From NCBI GenBank assembly GCA_934373295.1, contig CAKROK010000001.1, positions 19,030 to 83,029 of the forward strand: DNA of 64,000 bases, written 5' to 3'. Positions 28,602-35,689 of the stretch are shown here, one piece after another. Every line of letters begins with the position of its first letter. Position 1 is the stretch's first letter. A model generated the notes under the pieces. That model ran no database searches and was not told the DNA's origin. It was given only the letters and a program-made list of their open reading frames with translations. The stretch is from an uncultured Christensenellaceae bacterium. Its GTDB lineage: Bacteria > Bacillota > Clostridia > Christensenellales > Christensenellaceae. The translations under genes and the position numbers were made by a program.

Positions 28602-29354
28602 TTACTTGTTTAACGCTTCCTGAGCGACGGACACAGATGCCGAAAGGCCGATCCTGTCCGCACCTGCGTCGAATAAGGTCATGGCAGTCTCAAGCGTCTT
28701 TACGCCACCATCGATCTTTATGCCGATGCCCCTGCCGAGAATCGAGCGGACGTATTTAACGTCCTCGACAACTGCCTTTTTGCCCGTGAGCGCGTTGCTT
28801 ATCTTACAAAACTGCACGCCGCTGCTGCGTATTATGAGCAGCGCCCTCTCTCTTTCGGAAGGCGTCAAAACGCCCTGTTCATATATCGCCTTTAGCTGAA
28901 CTCTGCCCTTGGCCGCGTCCACCATTGCGTCGAGGTCCCTTCTTGCGTCGTCGATGCGGCCGCTCTTTATGGCGTTTATGCTCAAAGAAACGTCAAGCTC
29001 ATCCGCGCCGTTTGCCGCACATTCGCGAATCTCCGCGACCTTTGCCGCGGTGGATTCACAGCCGTGCGGGAAGCCGACGGCAGAGCAGACCAGAACGCCC
29101 GAATCCTTTAACTGCCTTGAAGCAAAGGGAATAAAATAGGGGCTGACGACGATATTCGCAAAGCGATATTTCTTCGCCTCCTCACATCCCTTGATGATGC
29201 GCTCAAGCGCAGTATCGGGGTTTAAAAGAGAATGCTCGAGCTTGCCCGCGACCTCGTCCGGCCTTATGGAAAAACGAGCCTCCTCGATCTTCTGGCTTTC
29301 GACCTCGGCTAAAACCTTCTGCGTGACCTCGGCGATGATCTTATCTATATCCAT
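28602..29354 (-). CDS. DeoC/DERA-family class I aldolase with an N-terminal amphipathic extension
   Basis: It aligns by eye to DERA blocks: VCSAVGFPHG, ELDVSLSINAIKSG, LKAIYEQGVL, FCKISNALTGK and IKIDGGVK, so both lysine-bearing blocks are present. An extra N-terminal helix MDIDKIIAEVTQKVLAEVESQKIEE is present. Confidence 0.8.
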   Translation of the reverse strand: MDIDKIIAEVTQKVLAEVESQKIEEARFSIRPDEVAGKLEHSLLNPDTALERIIKGCEEAKKYRFANIVVSPYFIPFASRQLKDSGVLVCSAVGFPHGCESTAAKVAEIRECAANGADELDVSLSINAIKSGRIDDARRDLDAMVDAAKGRVQLKAIYEQGVLTPSERERALLIIRSSGVQFCKISNALTGKKAVVEDVKYVRSILGRGIGIKIDGGVKTLETAMTLFDAGADRIGLSASVSVAQEALNK

Positions 29355-29367
29355 AGTATTTCTCCCG

Positions 29368-29658
29368 TCAAGTCGTCTTTATAATCTTTCCGTCAAGGCT
29401 GTAATGGTCGAGAACGCCGCAGATGGTTATATCCGAAATCAGCCCCTTGTCCTCAAAGAGCATTTTTGCGGAGCCACCGTCCCTGCTCGTGAGGACTATG
29501 TCGCCTATGCCCGCATCAGCCGCGTCTAAGGCGATATCTCTCGAGCCGATGGGCTGCATGTTGAGATCAAGATATTCTATTATCATCATTTTGCGTCCGT
29601 AATGCGTCTCCTCTTTTATAGTGGAGACTACATTGCCGACAACTCTCGCAATTCTCAA
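29368..29658 (-). CDS. BMC-P pentameric vertex protein (EutN/CcmL/PduN family), paralog 4
   Basis: 96 aa. It reads MRIARVVGNVVSTIK...DAADAGIGDIVL...ICGVLD, a typical EutN pattern. Confidence 0.9.
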   Translation of the reverse strand: MRIARVVGNVVSTIKEETHYGRKMMIIEYLDLNMQPIGSRDIALDAADAGIGDIVLTSRDGGSAKMLFEDKGLISDITICGVLDHYSLDGKIIKTT

Positions 29659-29677
29659 ATCAATCGCCTCTCAATAA

Positions 29678-29953
29678 TTACATCGTGGGAAGAATGCCCT
29701 CGACGTCGTCATGCGGTCTGGGGATTACGTGTACGCCGTAGAGGTCGCCCACTCTCTTTGCGGCAGCCGCGCCTGCTTCAACAGCAGCCTTAACAGCGCC
29801 GACGTCGCCCCTTACCATTACGGTAACGAGACCGGAACCGATCTTTTCCTTGCCGATGAGGTGTACGTTAGCCGCCTTGACCATAGCATCCGCAGCTTCG
29901 ATAGAGCCGATGAGGCCCTTTGTTTCTACCATTCCGAGTGCCTGCTTTTCCAT
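29678..29953 (-). CDS. BMC-H hexameric shell protein (PduA/EutM type), copy B
   Basis: [26 protein letters not shown]...[17 protein letters not shown] is the canonical BMC domain. Confidence 0.95.
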   Translation of the reverse strand: MEKQALGMVETKGLIGSIEAADAMVKAANVHLIGKEKIGSGLVTVMVRGDVGAVKAAVEAGAAAAKRVGDLYGVHVIPRPHDDVEGILPTM

Positions 29954-29974
29954 TTTAAAAAGTCTCCTCTCAAA

Positions 29975-30241
29975 TTATAATACTTCGTTGTAATCGTCGA
30001 TAAAGCCTATGATAGCTAAATCACAGGGGACAAGCCCGTTCCTGAACACCAAAGAGCCTTCCTTGGAGGCGATCATATATACGAAATCTCCCACACCGGC
30101 CTGACGCGTCGCATCCCCGGCGATCACCCTCTTTGAGGGCTTGCCGTTGACGATTGTCTCAACCACTAAGAGCTTCACTCCGGTGAGATTTTCATTTTTT
30201 ACAGTGGACACGACCGAGCCGATAACTCTTCCGACATTCAT
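29975..30241 (-). CDS. BMC-P vertex protein, paralog 3
   Basis: 88 aa. It reads MNVGRVIGSVVSTVKNENLTGVKLLVVE...AGVGDFVY...IIGFID. Confidence 0.9.
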   Translation of the reverse strand: MNVGRVIGSVVSTVKNENLTGVKLLVVETIVNGKPSKRVIAGDATRQAGVGDFVYMIASKEGSLVFRNGLVPCDLAIIGFIDDYNEVL

Positions 30242-30257
30242 TTAACGCACCGTCTTT

Positions 30258-30548
30258 TTACGCTTCTTTTGCTTCCATGGAAGGAAGGATGCCCTCGACG
30301 TCGTCATGCGGTCTGGGGATTACGTGTACGCCGTAGAGGTCGCCCACTCTCTTTGCGGCAGCCGCGCCCGCTTCAACAGCCGCCTTGACTGCGCCGACGT
30401 CGCCCCTTACCATTACGGTAACGAGACCGGAGCCAATCTGCTCCTTGCCGATGAGGTGTACGTTCGCCGCCTTTACCATTGAATCAGCCGCTTCGATTGC
30501 GCCGATGAGACCCTTGGTTTCTACCATTCCGAGTGCCTGTTTTTCCAT
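30258..30548 (-). CDS. BMC-H hexameric shell protein, copy A
   Basis: Near-identical to copy B. By eye, the first roughly 90 nt of the aligned 3' portions match exactly. Confidence 0.95.
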   Translation of the reverse strand: MEKQALGMVETKGLIGAIEAADSMVKAANVHLIGKEQIGSGLVTVMVRGDVGAVKAAVEAGAAAAKRVGDLYGVHVIPRPHDDVEGILPSMEAKEA

Positions 30549-30590
30549 TTTTGATTCTCCTTTTAAACTTTTATAGCTCTATATTCGTTA

Positions 30591-31136
30591 TTATACAAGT
30601 GATGCGAAAAGATCCGCATGGGGGGAAGGAATGACGACGCTTTCCGCCATGAGACCGGATATCTCCTCAAGACCCTCAGCAGCTGCCACGGATGCACGAA
30701 CCGCCGCGACCTCGCCCGTCATGGTGATGAACGCCTTGCCGCCTAAGCCTCTGCCTAATCTTATCTCGATGAGCGTGATGTCCGCCGCCTTGACCGCCGT
30801 ATCCGCCGCCAATATAGCCGCGGAAAGGGAGAACGTCTCCATAATGCCCACCGCGTTCATGTTTTCGACCTCGGTGCAGGAGGCGACCGCCGTAACGACC
30901 TGCGGATGAACGTTGGGGATGACTATCGTATCGACGAGCTTTTCCGCCGCCGTATTCACGCCCGCATCCACCGCCGCGCGCACCGCCGCGACCTCGCCCG
31001 TGACCACGGCAATATACTTGCCCGCACAGACGGAATGCGCTGCGCTAAGGCTGACATCCGCCGCTTTAAGCATAGCGTCCGCCGCCTCAATGCCCTTGGG
31101 TATGCTGTTTAATTCTACCATGCCTAATGCAATCAT
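30591..31136 (-). CDS. BMC-T tandem-domain shell protein, PduT-like
   Basis: It has two BMC domains (ALGMVELNSIPKGIEAADAMLKAADV and AVGIMETFSLSAAILAADTAVKAADI). A Cys in VCAGKY sits where the PduT pore Fe-S ligand would be. Confidence 0.85.
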   Translation of the reverse strand: MIALGMVELNSIPKGIEAADAMLKAADVSLSAAHSVCAGKYIAVVTGEVAAVRAAVDAGVNTAAEKLVDTIVIPNVHPQVVTAVASCTEVENMNAVGIMETFSLSAAILAADTAVKAADITLIEIRLGRGLGGKAFITMTGEVAAVRASVAAAEGLEEISGLMAESVVIPSPHADLFASLV

Positions 31137-31137
31137 T

Positions 31138-32457
31138 TTACTTTACCTCTATCGTTATGGAATCGTTGGTCACAGCAGTGACAGTTCCGCTGATGCTCGC
31201 GTGGATCTTTGCCCCCAAAGCACCTTCCTTAATATCCGCAATAAGGTCGCCTCTTGAAACGGCCTGACCCGCCGACACGACGGGGACCGCAGGTGCGCCT
31301 ATGTGCATTTTGAGCGGTATCTTCACGCAATCAACGCTCATCAGCTCGTCGTTGAGAGGAGCGGGAACGTCATATTGCTTTATGCCCAGCCTGCCTATCA
31401 TGCGCGATACGGGGACTCTCTTGTTTTCGATGCCCTTATCGACCGTCGTATAAACCTCTTTTTTGGGCTTGATGCCCGCCTGCGCAAGACCCTGCTTCAT
31501 CCTCTGCATCATGCGCGAGGGAGCAAGACCGAAGTTGCATGCGAAGTAGGTACATACGCCGCAGTCACAGCAGGAGAATATGCCGTTCACATCACCTAAC
31601 AGCTTTCCGTCGTTCTGCGCCGACGCACGCATTGCGAGATGCGGCTGAACGTTTAAGCCAAGGGCGTTTCTCGGACACATCTGCGTACACATAGAGCATT
31701 GACAGCAGACCGCCTTGGCGAGCTTCAGATCCCTCGCCGGGTCGTTCGTCTTTGCCATGATGACGTGAGAATCCGTCTTGAAAACGAGTATGCCGCCCGT
31801 GGTCTTGGTGACGGGTGTGTTTATGTCCTTAGTCAGCTTGCCCATGCACGGGCCGCCGAGAACTATCGTATAATCGGAAAGATCTGCGGGAGCGCCCGCC
31901 GCCTTTAACAGAATGCTTATCGGAGTACCGATGGGAACCTTGAGCGTGATGGGGTTTTTGACCTCGCCGCCCACGGTCACATACTTGTCTATAACAGGCG
32001 TGCCGTCTATCGCCGCAGCGATGTTCATGAGCGTAGAGACGTTATCCACCACGCAGCCGACGTCCAGCGGAAGTCCGCCCGTGGGGACGACTCTTCCCGT
32101 GACCTCATATACCATCTGCTGCTCATCGCCCGCCGGATAATAGCTCTTAAACAGCTTGAGCTCGACATCCGTTCCCTTGACGGCCTCTGAAAGCGCGGTT
32201 ACTGCATCATGATAATGCTCCTTTAGGCATATCACCGCGTGCTTTGCGCCCGTCGCCTCTTTGACCGCGGTTATGCCCTTTACGACCATATCCGCGTGTA
32301 CTGCCATGAGCTGCTGATCGACCCTCAAAAGGGGCTCGCATTCCGCGCCGTTGGCGATAATGTATTCCGCCTTGCAGTTTACCTTGACGTGTGTGGGAAA
32401 GCCCGCGCCGCCCGCGCCGACTATACCCGCATCACGAATGTTATCAATTAAGCTCAT
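31138..32457 (-). CDS. PduS/RnfC-like Fe-S flavoprotein
   Basis: It has the GAGGAGFPTHVK NADH/FMN motif, an SLBB-like middle region, two ferredoxin-type cysteine clusters (CCQCSMCTQMCP and CCDCGVCTYFAC) and a C-terminal barrel-sandwich-like segment. Confidence 0.85.
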   Translation of the reverse strand: MSLIDNIRDAGIVGAGGAGFPTHVKVNCKAEYIIANGAECEPLLRVDQQLMAVHADMVVKGITAVKEATGAKHAVICLKEHYHDAVTALSEAVKGTDVELKLFKSYYPAGDEQQMVYEVTGRVVPTGGLPLDVGCVVDNVSTLMNIAAAIDGTPVIDKYVTVGGEVKNPITLKVPIGTPISILLKAAGAPADLSDYTIVLGGPCMGKLTKDINTPVTKTTGGILVFKTDSHVIMAKTNDPARDLKLAKAVCCQCSMCTQMCPRNALGLNVQPHLAMRASAQNDGKLLGDVNGIFSCCDCGVCTYFACNFGLAPSRMMQRMKQGLAQAGIKPKKEVYTTVDKGIENKRVPVSRMIGRLGIKQYDVPAPLNDELMSVDCVKIPLKMHIGAPAVPVVSAGQAVSRGDLIADIKEGALGAKIHASISGTVTAVTNDSITIEVK

Positions 32458-32476
32458 CTTTAAATCCTCTCAAAAA

Positions 32477-33880
32477 TCAGATGATCCTGAAATCGCCCTT
32501 TACTACGCATCTTCTCTTTCTCGTGAAGGAGCGAGCGGAGGTCAGGCCCTCGCCCGTAGGCGTCGCTATGGTAAGGGTGGAATAGCCCTCACCCGTGAGA
32601 CCCAGACCTGCATAAGAGGGGCCGTTCTTTACGAAGATGGTCGTGTTCATGACCTTTGCGGCTCTTGAAAGTCTCTTGATGTTGGTGGAGTGTATCATCG
32701 CGGAATGCCAGCAGCCGTTCTCCGCTCTGAACGCCTCCGCAAGGCACTCTTCAAAGTCAGCCACTCTCGCGATACCTAAAATGGGCATCATCATCTCGGT
32801 GTGGATGAAGGGGTGATCCTTGTCAACCTCACAGATTATCAGCCTAGGGTCGCCGGTGTAGGATACGCCCGCAGCGTCCATGATGAAGGAGGGGCAGTGA
32901 CCGACGAACTTTCTGTTGATGACCCACTTGCCGTTCTTCTGCATGAGGACGGTATTCTTGATCTTTTCGATGTCGTCGCCGTATACTCTCATAGCGCCGT
33001 TCTTGGTCATCTCGCTCATGAGCTGATCGGCTATGGATGCTACCGCGAAGCACTCCTTTTCCTCAAAGCACATCACGTTGTTATCGAGCGACGCGCCGTC
33101 GACTATGTCCTTAGCCGCCTTGGGGATATCCGCAGTCTCGTCGACCATTACGGGCGGGTTGCCGGGACCTGCGCAGATGGCCTTCTTGCCGGACTTCATA
33201 GCAACCTTGACGATGCCCTCGCCGCCCGTTACCGCGAGCAGCTTGATGTCGGGATGGCTCATTATTATGTTGGAGGATTCGAGGTTGGGCTCCTTAGCCG
33301 CAACGACGAGGTTCGCGGGGCCGCCCGCCTCGATGATAGCCTCGTTCATTATCCTCATGGCCTCCTGCGAGCATCTCTTTGCGGCGGGATGGGGGTTGAA
33401 TACGACCGCATTGCCCGCAGCTATCATGCTCATGGAGTTGTTTACGACTGTTGAAGTCGGGTTTGTCGAAGGGGTTATTGAGCCGATAACGCCGTAGGGC
33501 GCAGATTCAACGATCGTAAGTCCGTCGTCTCCGGAGAACGCCTCCGTCTGAAGATCCTCGATGCCGGGAGTCTTCTGCGCGGTCAGGATGTTCTTCTTGG
33601 TCTTATCCTCGACTCTGCCGTAGCCCGTCTCCTCGTGAGCGAGCTTCGCAAGGTACTCTGCATTTTTGATGGCCGCCGCTCTCATAGCCTCGACGAGCCT
33701 GCCCCTCTCCTCAAGGGTCATGTTCATCAGCTTAAACTGAGCCGCCTTTGCCGCCGCGATGGCGTCGTTGACGTCGTCAAAGAGACATCCACCGTCGGAA
33801 ACCTTGCTGCTTTCCTGCGCCATCAGCTTTGAGACTGTGTCGCGGATGATTGTACGGATTTGTTCATCTGTAAAGCTCAT
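32477..33880 (-). CDS. CoA-acylating aldehyde dehydrogenase (PduP/EutE type) with an N-terminal encapsulation-peptide-like helix
   Basis: It has ALDH-fold motifs GAGNPP-like (CAGPGNPP) and a catalytic Cys block LDNNVMCFEEKE. The N-terminus is MSFTDEQIRTIIRDTVSKLMAQ. Confidence 0.9.
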   Translation of the reverse strand: MSFTDEQIRTIIRDTVSKLMAQESSKVSDGGCLFDDVNDAIAAAKAAQFKLMNMTLEERGRLVEAMRAAAIKNAEYLAKLAHEETGYGRVEDKTKKNILTAQKTPGIEDLQTEAFSGDDGLTIVESAPYGVIGSITPSTNPTSTVVNNSMSMIAAGNAVVFNPHPAAKRCSQEAMRIMNEAIIEAGGPANLVVAAKEPNLESSNIIMSHPDIKLLAVTGGEGIVKVAMKSGKKAICAGPGNPPVMVDETADIPKAAKDIVDGASLDNNVMCFEEKECFAVASIADQLMSEMTKNGAMRVYGDDIEKIKNTVLMQKNGKWVINRKFVGHCPSFIMDAAGVSYTGDPRLIICEVDKDHPFIHTEMMMPILGIARVADFEECLAEAFRAENGCWHSAMIHSTNIKRLSRAAKVMNTTIFVKNGPSYAGLGLTGEGYSTLTIATPTGEGLTSARSFTRKRRCVVKGDFRII

Positions 33881-33926
33881 TTCAATTACCTCTTTCTCTG
33901 CTTATGCCAAAATGTTTATATGTTTC

Positions 33927-34604
33927 CTATTTATCTTCTTTAGGCTTGTTTGCCTTTGTCTGCTTTTTAGGTGCGGCTTTTTTCGCGCTCTCCTCATCAT
34001 CTAACTTTTTGATGATCTCCTCGACGATGCGCTTTGCCTCGTCCTCCTCGCCCGCCTTGGGCTTGGGCGCCGCCTTCTTTGAAGCCTGCTTTTTAGGCTT
34101 GGTCTGCGTCATTTTAAGCTCGGTCTGCTCGGGCTTTGCCGCAGCCTTATCCTGTGTTTTGGGCTGTTCCGCCGGCTTTTTCGCAGGGGCTTTCGCCGTT
34201 TTATCGGGCTTTTCGATTTTCTCCTGTTTTTCCTGCTTTATCGGCTCGGGCTTGCTCTCCGGCTTCTTTTCGGCTTTTTCTGCCTTTGCCGCGGCGGGCT
34301 TTACGCTCGGGTCGGCCTTGTCAAAGCACCTTTCGCCCAGTATATCCACGCTGTCGATTATCGCGACTATGCAATTATCGACGGGGCGCGCGTCCGTGAG
34401 GGCTGTCTGTCTGGAGGACGAACCGGATACGCACATGACCAGCTCTCCGTCGCCCGCGCCCACGCTGTCTATCGAGACGAACGGCGCGCCCTTTTCCTCA
34501 AATGTCACCATATCTATCGGCTGGCAGACGAGTATTTTAAAGCCCATCAGCTTTTCAGCCTTTTTTGTGCTTATCACCTGTCCGCAGACTCTTGCTAACT
34601 GCAT
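33927..34604 (-). CDS. BMC-P vertex domain fused to a roughly 130-aa K/A/P/E-rich low-complexity tail containing an encapsulation-peptide-like helix
   Basis: Residues 1-95 are EutN-like (MQLARVCGQVISTKK...GAGDGELVM...IVAIID). Residues 96-225 read ADPSVKPAAAKAEKAEKKPESKPEPIKQEKQEK...EEDEAKRIVEEIIKKLDDEE...KANKPKEDK. Confidence 0.85.
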   Translation of the reverse strand: MQLARVCGQVISTKKAEKLMGFKILVCQPIDMVTFEEKGAPFVSIDSVGAGDGELVMCVSGSSSRQTALTDARPVDNCIVAIIDSVDILGERCFDKADPSVKPAAAKAEKAEKKPESKPEPIKQEKQEKIEKPDKTAKAPAKKPAEQPKTQDKAAAKPEQTELKMTQTKPKKQASKKAAPKPKAGEEDEAKRIVEEIIKKLDDEESAKKAAPKKQTKANKPKEDK

Positions 34605-34607
34605 CTT

Positions 34608-34913
34608 TTAAACCTCCGTGGGATATTTTTCATATACCCTGCGTCCTTTTATGTCTATTGAATCGAGGATCCCCAAAAGGGTCATGTCGGCGGGAGCTGT
34701 TTTAGTCTCCTCAGCCTGTCTGGATGAGCTTCCTCCGACGCACATCACTATCTCGTCCTGTCCCGCGCCCACGCCGTCCATAACGACTACCGGGTCGCCC
34801 GAATCCTCCATTGTCTCTATGTTAAGGGGCTGTACGATGAGCAGCTTCCAGCCCTCCAGCGCACGCGCCTTGGTCGTGCTGACCGCCGTTCCCCTTACTC
34901 TTCCTATCATCAT
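34608..34913 (-). CDS. BMC-P vertex protein, paralog 1
   Basis: 101 aa. It reads MMIGRVRGTAVSTTKARALEGWKLLIVQP...GAGQDEIVM...LLGILD. Confidence 0.9.
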   Translation of the reverse strand: MMIGRVRGTAVSTTKARALEGWKLLIVQPLNIETMEDSGDPVVVMDGVGAGQDEIVMCVGGSSSRQAEETKTAPADMTLLGILDSIDIKGRRVYEKYPTEV

Positions 34914-34925
34914 AAGTCAGTCACC

Positions 34926-35624
34926 TCAAAAATCGATGCTCACTCCGAGCTCGCTCGCCCTGTCTCGCGCAAGCGGCGTTATTATGGCATCCTTTTCGCA
35001 CAGCACGCGCATTGTGCCGTTCTCGGCCGCCTCGTTGACCTCGTTTTCCGTGACGAGCGCCGCGCGGCAAACTTCGCCGAACTCCTGCGCCGGGCGGTAT
35101 GCTATCACGCGCACGCCCATGCCCGTGAGTATGTCTATCGCGTCCACGACCTTTGCGAAGAACGTCGAGCGCTTGAACTTGGGCGTTTCAAAATCGAGCA
35201 GCAGCGTGACCCGCCTGCCCCACAGCAGCGGGCGTAAAAACGCCTGTTCTATAAAGCCCTCGTCATCGCCCTCCGCGAGCTTATAAAGCTGCGTGAGCTT
35301 GGGCGTCACGAGTACGATATCCGCCGCGCCGGCGATCATCTGAAACAGCTCCGCCTCGTCGTGCTCGTCCTTTACCTCAAACGCAAAGCATCCGGGCGCG
35401 CAGAACTCCACCCCGTTAAACAGCGCGCATTGTATGCCCGTGCCGAAGTGCTTTTTAAGGTATTCGCCGCAGGTCTTTTTTGAAGGCACAAAAGACGTAA
35501 ACAGAGCCACCGTCCCGCTTACGTTTTCGTTCTTTTCATCCTGATATTGTATTGTCTTAACGACCTCCTCGACTATCTTTGAGATGAGCGCCTCGAGATC
35601 GATATTACCAAGGTCAAAAGCCAT
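34926..35624 (-). CDS. BMC-associated protein of unknown function (first gene of the operon) with an N-terminal encapsulation-peptide-like helix
   Basis: The N-terminus is DLEALISKIVEEVVKTIQYQ. The C-terminal roughly 45 aa read LVTENEVNEAAENGTMRVLCEKDAIITPLARDRASELGVSI, which recalls the xITxxDv...IITPxAR...G segment I remember from EutQ-type N-termini (from memory, unverified). I saw no catalytic motif. Confidence 0.75.
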   Translation of the reverse strand: MAFDLGNIDLEALISKIVEEVVKTIQYQDEKNENVSGTVALFTSFVPSKKTCGEYLKKHFGTGIQCALFNGVEFCAPGCFAFEVKDEHDEAELFQMIAGAADIVLVTPKLTQLYKLAEGDDEGFIEQAFLRPLLWGRRVTLLLDFETPKFKRSTFFAKVVDAIDILTGMGVRVIAYRPAQEFGEVCRAALVTENEVNEAAENGTMRVLCEKDAIITPLARDRASELGVSIDF

Positions 35625-35660
35625 AGCTACCCCTATTTAAGCATTTGTTCTTACAATACA

Positions 35661-35689
35661 ATTATAAATGTACGCACAATGTTTGTCAA
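35661..35689 (-). promoter_or_regulatory. Perfect-consensus sigma-A promoter of the BMC operon
   Basis: The minus strand reads TTGACA (35689-35684), a 17-nt spacer, then TATAAT (35666-35661). The ATG is about 35 nt downstream with an AGGGG RBS. Confidence 0.7.
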
